From a virus: DNA of 64,000 bases. The notes beneath the pieces were generated by a model. The model did no database searches. It had not been told where the DNA came from and worked only from the letters and a program-made list of their open reading frames with translations. The stretch lies in the IMG/VR virus record IMGVR_UViG_3300045988_162015. One strand, 5' to 3'. Positions within the stretch are counted from its first letter, which is position 1, and the number at the start of each line of letters is the position of its first letter. Position numbers and translations under genes: made by a program. This document shows, in pieces, positions 17,380 to 27,075 of this stretch.

Positions 17380-17672
17380 TGATTAACCCTTACTTCACAT
17401 TTACAACAGATAATGAAAACTTATGTTGTTATAAAACATCAAGCATTATCTACGTTAGTTTCTATACTGACCCAAATGAAAAATATAAAATGCAAATCCA
17501 AGTTACAGGAGATACTGACGAAACCATAGGCGTTTATTCCTTCAAAAGTAAAAGATTATGGCAAGCAGCACAAGATAAATGGATGGACATTATGCGGGCC
17601 ACACGCAATGAAGCAGTAAATAATACCAATATGAAATATTATGGTAGCTATGGAGATGTTGACCCATGGTAA
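17379..17672 (+). CDS. hypothetical protein (97 aa)
   Basis: TAATG overlap, coupled. Confidence 0.45.
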   Translation: MINPYFTFTTDNENLCCYKTSSIIYVSFYTDPNEKYKMQIQVTGDTDETIGVYSFKSKRLWQAAQDKWMDIMRATRNEAVNNTNMKYYGSYGDVDPW

Positions 17673-17866
17673 AAATCTACACAGGCCTGCAACGCCAAAA
17701 GCATGTCAAGGCAACAAACATTCGCACAATCTGTTTCCACCCTACTGAACGCACCATTAATCTCTACTATTGGAATAATCAGAAAGAAACTATTAAGTTT
17801 GATGATGAAGATTACTGCCGTGCCGCCTATCAAAAACTACACGAATATATTGCTTATCCGTTTTAA
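17666..17866 (+). CDS. hypothetical protein (66 aa)
   Basis: Overlapping start. Confidence 0.4.
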   Translation: MVKIYTGLQRQKHVKATNIRTICFHPTERTINLYYWNNQKETIKFDDEDYCRAAYQKLHEYIAYPF

Positions 17867-17873
17867 TTGAAAA

Positions 17874-17910
17874 ATAAATAAAAATATTATAAAATATATA
17901 TATAAAGAAT
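17874..17910. promoter_or_regulatory. phage middle/late promoter motif (AAAAATATTATAAAATATATATATAAA)
   Basis: One of about 15 copies of a conserved AT-rich motif placed 15-30 nt upstream of an RBS. Confidence 0.45.
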
Positions 17911-17926
17911 AGAGGAGAAATAAAAA

Positions 17927-18217
17927 ATGGATAAAACTTTATTCGCTAAACTCACTACTCTTACATCTGAAGCAGAAGTCAATAAAGAGCGTCGGGCGAC
18001 TGAAAAGGCAGAACAAATCATCATAAATAATACCCCAGCCATGTTGCAAGCGGCAACAAATGGTGCTTACGCTTATACCATTGTCATTTCTCCCGATGAT
18101 ACTCCCTCGTCGAACAATTATACCGTTAAGAAACTTCAAGAGATTCTTAACTCAAACAACTTCACAACTCAATATTTCCAAGATAATACAATGATTGTTA
18201 GGTGGCGTGACGCATGA
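17927..18217 (+). CDS. hypothetical protein (96 aa)
   Basis: GAGGAGAAATAAAAAATG RBS. Confidence 0.5.
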   Translation: MDKTLFAKLTTLTSEAEVNKERRATEKAEQIIINNTPAMLQAATNGAYAYTIVISPDDTPSSNNYTVKKLQEILNSNNFTTQYFQDNTMIVRWRDA

Positions 18218-18489
18218 ACCTTGATGAATACCTTGATCGTGCAACTGAAATGCGAAACGAGATTGCCGCTTATGATGAGAAGATAGTACGCCTTTTGGAC
18301 GAAAGAGTTCAATTGGCAAAAAACTTGGTAGAACTCAAAAAAGAACATTCTCGTCCGGCATACACACCAATAGTAGAAGAAAAAAAGATAGAGTATTTAA
18401 GCACTCTAACTTCTTATCCAGATTTGATTAAGATGTTATGGCCTATGATTATGGGTTATAGCCGCATCCCCTATAACGAAAGGATTTAA
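18214..18489 (+). CDS. chorismate mutase (AroQ class)-like protein
   Basis: LDRATEMRNEIAAYDEKIVRLLDERVQLAKNLVELKKEHSRPAYTPIVEEKKIEYL matches the AroQ helical signature. Confidence 0.5.
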   Translation: MNLDEYLDRATEMRNEIAAYDEKIVRLLDERVQLAKNLVELKKEHSRPAYTPIVEEKKIEYLSTLTSYPDLIKMLWPMIMGYSRIPYNERI

Positions 18490-18491
18490 TT

Positions 18492-18644
18492 ATGAAAATG
18501 AAAAACAATGTCTCCGGTAAGACTTACACGATCGCACAAATCTTCCGAGACGATAGCGGATATTTCCGTGTCCTTTACTTTGATCCCGAAGCAAATAGAT
18601 GGCTAACCGAAAGCCTCAACTTCTTTACTCCAGTAGAAAACTAA
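18492..18644 (+). CDS. small protein (50 aa)
   Basis: Coupled start 3 nt after the upstream stop. Confidence 0.35.
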   Translation: MKMKNNVSGKTYTIAQIFRDDSGYFRVLYFDPEANRWLTESLNFFTPVEN

Positions 18645-18669
18645 CTAAAATTAAGAAAGGAAAAGAACA

Positions 18670-20019
18670 ATGGATATTAATCACTGTGGTTATATTGTAA
18701 AAGTTAAAGAGCTGCGGAAGCACCCTAATGCAGACAAGCTCTACATCGCAACTTTCTTCGGCAATGACACTTGCGTTTCCATTGATACGCAGGTTGGCGA
18801 TATTGGTGTCTACTTCCCCTGCGACCTCCAGCTTTCCCTCGAATTTTGCATCGCCAATCATCTGTGCCGCAAGCTTCCTGATGGGACTGCTGACACTGGT
18901 TATATGGAAGTAGATAAGCGTAATATCACCGCTATTAGACTGCGTGGCGAACGTTCTGATGGTCTGTATCTACCGATTAGCTGTTTCAATTATTGCTATG
19001 ACGATGATGCAAGTGCTTATCTAAAGGTGGGTGACATTATCAATGAAGTTAATGGTCATCCTATCTGCAATAAGTATATTCCGCGTACTCGTAAGCAGAA
19101 TAATACTAATAACTCTAATGTAAGCAAGACTCGCAAGCATAAAGATCCGATTGCTCCTCTGTTCAAGGAACATATTGATACTGCCCAGCTTGCTTATAAT
19201 CTCAGTGCATTTAATCCTGGTGACCTTATTGAAATCACTCGTAAGCTCCATGGCACTTCTGCACGAATCGGCTATCTGCCTGTTCTTAAGGGTTATAAGC
19301 GTACTCTGTGGGATAAGATTACTCGTAAAGATGGCAAACCTATCTATCAGTATGATTACATTGACGGCACTCGCCGTACTCTGCTGACTGGCTATGATGG
19401 CGGCTTCTATGGTTCTAATGAATTCCGTAAGCATTTCCATGAAGCAATCGAAGGTAAGCTGCATGAGGGCGAAACCTGTTATGCAGAAATCGTAGGTTTT
19501 ACTGACGATGGCACGCCGATTATGGGTTCTGTCTCTAATAAGAAGACCAATGATAAGGCATTTATTAAGCAGTATGGTGATATGACTACCTTCTCTTATG
19601 GCTGCGACCCTACTGGTGTTACTGCTCCGAAGAATGATTTTTATGTTTATCGTATGACTCTAACTACTCATGATGGTTATACTGTGGAATATTCTCCTGA
19701 ATATACTCGGTATCGTTGTGAGCAGATGGGCGTGAAATTCGTTCCTGTTGAATGGCGTGGCTATATCCCCGAGCATCCGGCATCTGAAAATGATGATACT
19801 ATCACCGCAGGCGAATGGATTATGAACAAGGCAGAACAGTATTATGATGGTCCTGAGCCGATTGATCCGCGACATGTGCGTGAAGGTGTTGTTGTGCGTC
19901 TGGTTGATAAGCCTTCATTTACTGCTTATAAAATTAAAAATTTTTCATTCAAACTAATCTCCGGCATTGCGGTTGCTGATACTACTCCAGTAGATGAAAC
20001 AATCGCGGAGGAACTGTAA
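18670..20019 (+). CDS. tRNA-binding-domain (Myf/CsaA-like OB fold) fused to an Rnl2-family RNA ligase
   Basis: N-terminus IVKVKELRKHPNADKLYIATF...DIGVYFPCDL...RLRGERSDGLYL is tRNA-binding-domain-like. Ligase motif I is KLHGTS, motif IV is EGVVVR and motif V is YKIKN. Confidence 0.65.
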   Translation: MDINHCGYIVKVKELRKHPNADKLYIATFFGNDTCVSIDTQVGDIGVYFPCDLQLSLEFCIANHLCRKLPDGTADTGYMEVDKRNITAIRLRGERSDGLYLPISCFNYCYDDDASAYLKVGDIINEVNGHPICNKYIPRTRKQNNTNNSNVSKTRKHKDPIAPLFKEHIDTAQLAYNLSAFNPGDLIEITRKLHGTSARIGYLPVLKGYKRTLWDKITRKDGKPIYQYDYIDGTRRTLLTGYDGGFYGSNEFRKHFHEAIEGKLHEGETCYAEIVGFTDDGTPIMGSVSNKKTNDKAFIKQYGDMTTFSYGCDPTGVTAPKNDFYVYRMTLTTHDGYTVEYSPEYTRYRCEQMGVKFVPVEWRGYIPEHPASENDDTITAGEWIMNKAEQYYDGPEPIDPRHVREGVVVRLVDKPSFTAYKIKNFSFKLISGIAVADTTPVDETIAEEL

Positions 20020-20242
20020 TGATTATTGGAATGATTTGCATCTTAATTGGTGCAATTGTAGGAATTGTATTAGCGAGGGCTACTGATTAATGGGACTATT
20101 TTTCTTAACCATTTTTATTTGTCTTATCTTTTATGCTCTTGGCAGTTTGTATAATGATTAAAATATTTATTTTTGGTTTTGTAATCATTGCATTCGTAAT
20201 GTATTTATTCTGTAAAACAAATGATTTATAAGGAGAATTAAT

Positions 20243-20545
20243 ATGAGAAGTAGAAGTGGTAGTGTTGCAGTAATTCTTATTACAATTATTCTTGTAATTG
20301 GTCTTTTGGTTCTTACTTTCAGTGGTGCGAATTTCCAGCGTACCATTAAGAGTTGGAGAAGTAATTACACCGGCGGTCTTTATCGTATTGTGTCTGTCTA
20401 TGATTACAATGGTAATCTCTTGCGGGAATATGGTCCAGCAATGATTGATATTAGCGAGTCAGAAAATGAAACATTCTTTGATTATAATGGTAATCGTATT
20501 GTAATTCATAATGCTATTGTAATCGTTGAAGAAGTAAATAAATAA
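20243..20545 (+). CDS. membrane-anchored hypothetical protein (100 aa)
   Basis: AAGGAGAATTAATATG RBS. N-terminal transmembrane segment. Confidence 0.5.
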   Translation: MRSRSGSVAVILITIILVIGLLVLTFSGANFQRTIKSWRSNYTGGLYRIVSVYDYNGNLLREYGPAMIDISESENETFFDYNGNRIVIHNAIVIVEEVNK

Positions 20546-20547
20546 CC

Positions 20548-20580
20548 AAAGAGCCAGAACAAATCTGGCTCTTTTATTTT
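20548..20580 (+). terminator. rho-independent terminator
   Basis: AAAGAGCCAGA...TCTGGCTCTTT followed by TATTTTTAT. Confidence 0.6.
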
Positions 20581-20620
20581 TATAAAAAAATTTGTTAAAA
20601 TATATATATAAAAATGAGGG
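20578..20620. promoter_or_regulatory. phage middle/late promoter motif
   Basis: TTTTATAAAAAAATTTGTTAAAATATATATATAAAAATGAGGGAG. Confidence 0.45.
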
Positions 20621-20632
20621 AGAAAATAAATT

Positions 20633-20965
20633 ATGAAGTATGTTGCTTATGATTATTTTGATAACTTCTATCCTAGTATTCTTGGTATTTGCAATACTGA
20701 AGCCGATGTACAGGAACTAATTCTTGCCGCCGCCGAAGAAGAAGCATATAATGCATTCCTTGATGATTATTATTATGATGAAACAGGAATTACAGTAGAG
20801 CCTGGTGAAAATCCTATTGAAGTTTATCTCAATGATAAAATTCTTGACTGGAAAGAGTATAATAAATTTAGATTTCCATTTGACGATAAAAATATTTCTT
20901 TCTATGGTTGGACTCTTCTTATGGCTAGTGAATATTATAATTATTCTATTGGAGAGGAGTACTAA
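20633..20965 (+). CDS. tandem paralog 1 of 5 (MKY..ICNTEADVQELILAAAEEEAYN)
   Basis: Shared MKY start, the motif (I/F)C(N/A)T.(A/E)DA(E/Q)(E/D)LIL(A/S).(A/V)EE and Tyr-rich tails. Confidence 0.55.
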   Translation: MKYVAYDYFDNFYPSILGICNTEADVQELILAAAEEEAYNAFLDDYYYDETGITVEPGENPIEVYLNDKILDWKEYNKFRFPFDDKNISFYGWTLLMASEYYNYSIGEEY

Positions 20966-20967
20966 AA

Positions 20968-21237
20968 ATGAAATATCTTGTTATTTATGATGATAGAGAA
21001 AATCATAAACCCATTGGCATTTGTGCCACTAAAGAAGATGCTCAAGATTTAATTCTCTCTATTGTTGAAGAAAAAGAATATAATAAAGTTATGGCTGATG
21101 GGTTTGAGCATTTCAATAAAATCTATAATCATATCAGGAAAAAATATGGACCTACCTGCATTAAAAATCTTGATGCTTGGTATTATTATACCGAAAGTCT
21201 TGACTATTATATTCGTAAAATAGGAGAATACTCATGA
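20968..21237 (+). CDS. tandem paralog 2 of 5
   Basis: GICATKEDAQDLILSIVEEKEYN. Confidence 0.55.
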   Translation: MKYLVIYDDRENHKPIGICATKEDAQDLILSIVEEKEYNKVMADGFEHFNKIYNHIRKKYGPTCIKNLDAWYYYTESLDYYIRKIGEYS

Positions 21238-21509
21238 AATATTTAATTTCTGAAATTGATGATGATGCTTGTTGCGAAATCCCTCGATTTATTTGCAACA
21301 CTCGTGCAGATGCCGAAGAAGCTATTCTTGCATTAACTGAAGAAGATGTATATTATCAAGCAATGTATGAAAGTGTAGATAACTTCTTCAATAACAGCTT
21401 TGAATTTAGAAAATCAAGACATCCAGAAGTGAAATGCCAAACTCATTACGGCACAGCTCTTTGGTTTATGAGTGGTCGATTTATTATTGAAGAATTAGGA
21501 GAATATTAA
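21234..21509 (+). CDS. tandem paralog 3 of 5
   Basis: FICNTRADAEEAILALTEEDVYY. Confidence 0.55.
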   Translation: MKYLISEIDDDACCEIPRFICNTRADAEEAILALTEEDVYYQAMYESVDNFFNNSFEFRKSRHPEVKCQTHYGTALWFMSGRFIIEELGEY

Positions 21510-21785
21510 ATGAAATATATTGTTTGGAATAGCTGTAATGATGATTTAATTTGCTGTGATAACCGAGCTTCTGCCGAAGAACTTGTTCTGTCTATCGCCG
21601 AAGAAGAAGCATTTATCGAATATAATTATGGCATTAACAAACTTGATGATGCCGATACTCTTGAAGAATATACAGATACATTACGTGATTGGTGGAAGAA
21701 ATACCATTGTAGTAATGAATGCATTGTTCTTTTCTTTGGCGGGATTAATTATTATATTAGAACTATTCCAAGTTTGGAGAACTAA
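21510..21785 (+). CDS. tandem paralog 4 of 5
   Basis: ICCDNRASAEELVLSIAEEEAF. Confidence 0.55.
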   Translation: MKYIVWNSCNDDLICCDNRASAEELVLSIAEEEAFIEYNYGINKLDDADTLEEYTDTLRDWWKKYHCSNECIVLFFGGINYYIRTIPSLEN

Positions 21786-21787
21786 TT

Positions 21788-22081
21788 ATGACTATTTATA
21801 CTGTAATGCGTCATAGTATTTTCAATTTTGATATTGACGCTACTATTTCATTTAAAGAGCGTGGCGATGCCGAAGAATTTGTATTAGCTTGTGCCCAAGA
21901 AGATGAAGTAAATTATTTTAATGATGATGTTCAAAACTTTTCCTTCCCATTCGATGAACCCACAGGAGAAAATGTACTTGCCTGTTGGATTGCAAGTGCC
22001 AAAGCTATGGGTCGGAGCCTTGAAAGTTATAGCCTTTTTAAAGCATCTGACAGATTTATTGTGAGGAATGAATTAAAATAA
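21788..22081 (+). CDS. tandem paralog 5 of 5 (most divergent)
   Basis: ERGDAEEFVLACAQEDEVNYF. Confidence 0.5.
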   Translation: MTIYTVMRHSIFNFDIDATISFKERGDAEEFVLACAQEDEVNYFNDDVQNFSFPFDEPTGENVLACWIASAKAMGRSLESYSLFKASDRFIVRNELK

Positions 22082-22099
22082 ATTTTTGGAGAATTAAAT

Positions 22100-22330
22100 A
22101 TGTATTTTAGATATAAAATAAATTGGAATTTTGATGATAAGCCAAGAGATGAAACAGGACTTATATATGCCGATGAGGAAGTTGATGAGGGCTATACTGA
22201 TGCTATGGAAAAGATTTGTAAATACTTCGATAGTATTAATAAGGTAGAGCTTGAAGCGTTCGCACCTGATGATTGTCTTGAAGTAAGTGCCGAAGCACTT
22301 GATGCAATTCAGGAGACTGTAATTTGGTAA
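22100..22330 (+). CDS. hypothetical acidic protein (76 aa)
   Basis: TGGAGAATTAAATATG RBS. Confidence 0.45.
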   Translation: MYFRYKINWNFDDKPRDETGLIYADEEVDEGYTDAMEKICKYFDSINKVELEAFAPDDCLEVSAEALDAIQETVIW

Positions 22331-22539
22331 ATCTACGGCGATGCGGCAGATGCGGCTATCGTATTCAAGGCCAATGCCGCATCGTCTCTGGCTTACGTGT
22401 CGATGATGAAGACCCAGGCTGCAAATTCTTCTGCTCTAATCCGCCGCATTGTACCAGGTGCGGCACAGTCCTTCAAAATAATCAAGTCCTTATTGTAGAT
22501 GACAAAATCTATTGTAAAAATTGTGGGAGTAATATATGA
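22324..22539 (+). CDS. zinc-ribbon protein (4 CxxC pairs)
   Basis: CGRCGYRIQGQC...CKFFCSNPPHCTRCG...CKNCG. Confidence 0.5.
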   Translation: MVNLRRCGRCGYRIQGQCRIVSGLRVDDEDPGCKFFCSNPPHCTRCGTVLQNNQVLIVDDKIYCKNCGSNI

Positions 22540-22742
22540 TTTATAAAATTAAAGCTGAAGGATATCCATATCCTATTCATATTAATACTGCTGTTATTCC
22601 TATTATGTATATCATTAAAATTGAAAAAAATTTGTACGAATTAACAATGGTTGAATCTTTATCAAAAAGGTATAAACTTACTATTAATGCTCTCGAAAAC
22701 CGCGATTTTATTGAATATATGGGAGGAAAAGTAGAAGAATGA
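22536..22742 (+). CDS. hypothetical protein (68 aa)
   Basis: ATGA overlap. Confidence 0.45.
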   Translation: MIYKIKAEGYPYPIHINTAVIPIMYIIKIEKNLYELTMVESLSKRYKLTINALENRDFIEYMGGKVEE

Positions 22743-23236
22743 TTTTTTTCTTGATCGCCGCTGCCATTACTATTGTTTATAGTATTCAGCAGTATATTAA
22801 ATATTATAGTTTTTCAGAAATTTGGAAGTGGTTTAAGGCCGAATTCCTGTGGATGGCATTTGCCACTTGTGCGGTTGCTCTTATGATTAGTGGACTATTA
22901 GCTGTTATTTATTGTGAAGTTCCAAGCAGCAAAGAACATTCAGTAATTGAAGTAGAAAACTACCATGACCTTAAGCCATTTACTGAAGATACATATGTTC
23001 AGTGGGGTGCAGATAATTCTATTGTTGTTCTTTTAGATAATGGGTATTATCAGACATATAACCTTGATAATGTTTCAACATTCATTAAAACTTGTGCAGA
23101 TGATGAAACACCTAATGTAAAAACAATTAAGTACACAAAATATGATGATTATCGTCAATGGCTCTGTCTCTGGAATGCCCTTAGTGATGAAACATTTATT
23201 ACACTTCCTCCTGGAGTTTATAAACCTATTACATAA
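22739..23236 (+). CDS. membrane protein (165 aa)
   Basis: Two N-terminal transmembrane segments. Confidence 0.5.
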   Translation: MIFFLIAAAITIVYSIQQYIKYYSFSEIWKWFKAEFLWMAFATCAVALMISGLLAVIYCEVPSSKEHSVIEVENYHDLKPFTEDTYVQWGADNSIVVLLDNGYYQTYNLDNVSTFIKTCADDETPNVKTIKYTKYDDYRQWLCLWNALSDETFITLPPGVYKPIT

Positions 23237-23268
23237 GCCGATTGGTTAATGCCATTCGGCTTCTTTTA
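23236..23268 (+). terminator. hairpin terminator
   Basis: AGCCGATTGG-TTAAT-GCCATTCGGCT followed by TCTTTTATTTTT. Confidence 0.5.
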
Positions 23269-23312
23269 TTTTTATAAAAAAATATTATAAAATATATATA
23301 TAAAGAAATGAG
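23266..23312. promoter_or_regulatory. phage middle/late promoter motif
   Basis: TTTTTATAAAAAAATATTATAAAATATATATATAAAGAAATGAG. Confidence 0.45.
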
Positions 23313-23342
23313 AAATAAAAAAATTGTCAAGGAGGATATATC

Positions 23343-23696
23343 ATGAGTGTTGAATATGAAGCGTTTGTTGGTCGCGGTTTTATGTTTGGTGAAGACGGAA
23401 CTTCTACTTTCAGAGAATATTGCGAACGAGTAAAGATTGATCCGAATGAAGCATTTGAAATTCTTCAAGAAGATGACCTTGTAATTTCTGATTGCTATGG
23501 CTATGATTGGCTGGATCATATCTTTTTTGGTTATCGCCTTTTTAGTATTGACCTTGATTCGTCATTTAATTATAATCGTCTTAACCATTTTGAAATTGAT
23601 GTAAATAAAGAACATGAAATGGAAAAGAAGTTTAATAAAGTATTTGGCGAATACCCGCCGATTTTTAGCAATTATATTGTAGAGAGGGCATATTAA
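23343..23696 (+). CDS. hypothetical protein (117 aa)
   Basis: AAGGAGGATATATCATG RBS. Confidence 0.5.
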   Translation: MSVEYEAFVGRGFMFGEDGTSTFREYCERVKIDPNEAFEILQEDDLVISDCYGYDWLDHIFFGYRLFSIDLDSSFNYNRLNHFEIDVNKEHEMEKKFNKVFGEYPPIFSNYIVERAY

Positions 23697-24028
23697 TGGA
23701 TGGCTTAATTATTATTAATCATTTGCCGCTTGATGAAGGCAATTATGATTTTATGGATACATATAATTTTATTGCCTTGACGCCCCAGCTTACTTGGCAA
23801 GAAACGTTCCAAGAGATTGAAGAAGTGCGGCGGGCGGTTGTGGAGGATGTGGCAGATGAACTTATCTATTACATCCAAAAGCAAATCTATGAAACAAGCC
23901 TTGAAGCAGCAGAACAGTGGTTTCTATATGAAACGTCTTGCCTGCTTGGGCAAGGTAAATTGGCATTTATGTCTTATGTAGACAAATTTATTGAATTTAT
24001 TTATGTGGAGGGTGTAAAACAATGGTAA
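23696..24028 (+). CDS. hypothetical protein (110 aa)
   Basis: TAATG overlap. Confidence 0.45.
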   Translation: MDGLIIINHLPLDEGNYDFMDTYNFIALTPQLTWQETFQEIEEVRRAVVEDVADELIYYIQKQIYETSLEAAEQWFLYETSCLLGQGKLAFMSYVDKFIEFIYVEGVKQW

Positions 24029-24357
24029 TAACTGACGAGGATAAGCTGATTACTGAAGGAGTAATTGGTCCCAAGGATTGTGCGAGTAGAGTTATTTATA
24101 AGTCACTGAAATCTATCCCTGACAGTGCATTAATGGTGCAGTCAAATCTGGCTAATACATTTAGCACTTGGATTGTGCGTGAAGGCATGGTGCAGACGGT
24201 TAAGATTGCACTTGATAGATGCGGCTATCATAAGGATATTGACTATACTGTTATTGATAATCCGCCTTATTATGATGCAATTTTTGTTGTAGTAAAAGAC
24301 CCGACAGATTATTCTAAAGGTATGTATCAGTATAGAATTAAGGAGTGGAAGAAGTAA
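24022..24357 (+). CDS. hypothetical protein (111 aa)
   Basis: Overlapping start. Confidence 0.45.
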   Translation: MVITDEDKLITEGVIGPKDCASRVIYKSLKSIPDSALMVQSNLANTFSTWIVREGMVQTVKIALDRCGYHKDIDYTVIDNPPYYDAIFVVVKDPTDYSKGMYQYRIKEWKK

Positions 24358-24698
24358 TGGATAAGAATGACAAGTATTGGGAAAGTTCTCACAGTTCCAA
24401 TAGTAAGAAGAATCTGAAACATAAGATTATTCATCGTATCAAGAAGATGAATAAGAATTTGCAAGACGACCCTCTGTGGCAGGGCAGATTTGAAATCCGT
24501 TGTGACGATATTTTCCATGCAACTTATGGAGATGGCAGCGGTAATTATGCCACTGTATATCTAACTATTCGAGATAAGGAAAAGAAGTTGTTCGGCAGTA
24601 AGAGATTTGATGACCTTGATTTTACTATGTTTAATGGTTATCATTTTTGGGAATGGGTAAATCAGTTTGTCTGTGATTGTAGCATGGAGGATAAATAA
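24357..24698 (+). CDS. hypothetical protein (113 aa)
   Basis: AAGGAGTGGAAGAAGTAATG RBS. Confidence 0.45.
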   Translation: MDKNDKYWESSHSSNSKKNLKHKIIHRIKKMNKNLQDDPLWQGRFEIRCDDIFHATYGDGSGNYATVYLTIRDKEKKLFGSKRFDDLDFTMFNGYHFWEWVNQFVCDCSMEDK

Positions 24699-25151
24699 AT
24701 GATTCTTGCAGCTCTTGTTATTGGTATTATTCTTATTGTTGTTGGTGGCATTGTAAATATGATAAGCTATAAAGACGGTTATGCATATCAAATTATTGGT
24801 GGTTGTATTATTGCTTTTGCTACTCTTGGTCTTCTTATTTGTGGTTCTATCATTGGTAAAGTGCCTGAATACAATAAGAAAATTGAAGTATATGAAACTG
24901 AAATGCAAACCATCCAAGTGACAATTAATGATGTAGTCGCTAATTATCTTGACCACGAAAAAGATACATATGCTGCATTGACTCCTGAAAATGCTGTTAT
25001 CTTCGCATCTATTTATCCTGAATTGTCCAGTAGTGAATTAGTTAAACGGCAGTTGGAAATTTACAATAATTATCTAGTAAGCATTAAGAATTGTAAACTT
25101 GCCCTTGCAGAAGTATCTACGGCAAAGTGGTGGTTGTATTTTGGTCATTAA
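24699..25151 (+). CDS. membrane protein (150 aa)
   Basis: Two N-terminal transmembrane segments. Confidence 0.5.
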   Translation: MILAALVIGIILIVVGGIVNMISYKDGYAYQIIGGCIIAFATLGLLICGSIIGKVPEYNKKIEVYETEMQTIQVTINDVVANYLDHEKDTYAALTPENAVIFASIYPELSSSELVKRQLEIYNNYLVSIKNCKLALAEVSTAKWWLYFGH

Positions 25152-25341
25152 ATTAATGTTGGCAATTATTCATTCTACATTAGACCCGTTATGGTTTCTC
25201 ATTCCGGGTCTAATCCTATTAGGAATAGCTATTTACTTGCGTTTACATTTAGAAGATTAATTTTATACAGAACTATTTTCTAAATATATTATACAAAAAA
25301 ATTTTAACTATGTCAAGCCATTTTGGGCAAAGGAGGATAAT

Positions 25342-25782
25342 ATGGATAAAGATTATTTATACGAATTTTGGTCGCCAGAAGGCGATTATTAGAAAGTGCG
25401 TGCAACACCTACCGAAGCACGAAGACATGATATCACTGGCAGCATGTTAATGGATGTAGCTTGTGATTGCTATGAGAAACATTCAGATAAGTATCGCGAT
25501 GTAGCTGATGTATTGAGTCAATGTTATTATACTAAAACTTTAATTACAGATGAAGCTTGTTATAAAAAGGATAAAGATTGTTTTAGACTTACAGGTTATA
25601 CTCCTTATGGAGAATATAGCACTTGGCTTATTGCTAATGGGTCTGATAGTATAGAACAATTTGAACATGGAATGAAAACAGAATTAACAGCAGAGTGGTG
25701 GCCGGAACATCGTGATGAATACGATGAAAAAGAAGATTTCTATAACGCTTGTTATTGTGTAATAGAAAAAATTGAAAAATAA
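25342..25782 (+). CDS. Cys-rich hypothetical protein (146 aa) with an in-frame TAG at 25390
   Basis: AAAGGAGGATAATATG RBS. MDKDYLYEFWSPEGDY[TAG]KVRATPTE... continues in frame into track ORF 25396. Confidence 0.5.
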
Positions 25783-25822
25783 AAAATAATATTATATAAT
25801 ATTTATATAATAAAGGAGGAAA
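25783..25822. promoter_or_regulatory. phage promoter motif, variant B (TATTATATAATATTTATATA)
   Basis: AAAAATAATATTATATAATATTTATATAATAAAGGAGG. Confidence 0.45.
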
Positions 25823-25828
25823 TATTAT

Positions 25829-26986
25829 ATGAGTTATTTATTTACCAGTGAGAGCGTTTTTGCCGGTCACCCTGATAAGGTTTGTGATTAGGTAAGTGAT
25901 GCTATTCTGGATTATGTCCTCCAGCTTGATCCTGATGCACGAGTAGCTTGTGAATGTACTATTAGCCCAGGTCTTTTCCATATCATGGGAGAGATTACAG
26001 CTAAAACAGAACAATCTATTCCTTATCAGGAAATTGCAAGAGAGACTTTAAGATTTATTGGTTATGACAATGATGAAGCAGGATTTAACTGTGACACTTG
26101 TTCATATATTATTAATGTAGTAAATCAATCTCCTGACATCGCTGCGGGTGTTGATAGGGATGGTGCTGGCGACCAAGGCATGATGTTTGGTTATGCAACC
26201 AATGAAACAGAAAATTATATGCCTATTGCCCAGCAGCTTGCTAATAATATCTCGGTCATTATGTTCAGCAAGTATAAGAATGATTTGCTACCTTGGGCAT
26301 TACCTGATGGTAAATGTCAGATAACTGTCCAATACGATGATAATGGTAACTTTGAAGGGGTAGATACAATTGTCGTATCGGCCCAACACAAAGACAAGTA
26401 TAGTATTAAGGAAATAACACCCGATATTACGAACATTTGTAATATTGCCCTTCAAGGTTATGCCATTAAAAAAGATTGTAAATTTTATATTAACCCAACA
26501 GGTAAGTTTGTAGAGGGCGGACCTGCGGCTGATACTGGATTAACTGGACGTAAAATTGTCGTAGATACATATGGTGGCTACGCTCCGCATGGTGGTGGAG
26601 CATTCAGTGGCAAAGACCCCAGTAAGGTAGACCGTAGTGGTGCATATATGGCACGTTATGTAGCTAAAAATCTTGTAGCTTCTGGCGTTTGTGATAAATG
26701 TATGATTCAAGTTGCTTATATTATTGGGCAGACAGAACCTGCATCTATTGATATTAATTGTTTTGGCACAGAAAAGAAACCTATTGCTGAAATTCTTGAA
26801 GCAGTTAATCAAACATTTGATTTTGCACCGCGTAGTATTATTCATAAATTTGATTTAAAGCATACTCGTTATCTGCCCTATGCTTGCTTCGGTCATTTTG
26901 GTCGCATTGAATGCAATAGTCCTTGGGAACAACTTGATAAAGTAGACGAATTAAAAACAATTTTTAATTTTGAAAAGGAGAACTAA
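25829..26986 (+). CDS. metK: S-adenosylmethionine synthetase (MetK), with an in-frame TAG at 25889 that aligns with a conserved Gln
   Basis: LFTSESV..GHPDKVCD[TAG]VSDA aligns with E. coli MetK HPDKIADQISDA. The motifs GAGDQG, DTYGG and GGAFSGKDPSKVDRS are also present. Confidence 0.9.
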
Positions 26987-26987
26987 T

Positions 26988-27074
26988 ATGGACCCCGTAA
27001 TTATTCTTGTTATTGCTATTGTTGTTATTGGTGGATTGTATTTCTATAACTATAAGAAAGGAACCAAGTATTAA
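26988..27074 (+). CDS. tiny membrane peptide (28 aa)
   Basis: MDPVIILVIAIVVIGGLYFYNYKKGTKY. GGAGAACTAATATG RBS. Speculative. Confidence 0.3.
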   Translation: MDPVIILVIAIVVIGGLYFYNYKKGTKY

Positions 27075-27075
27075 T

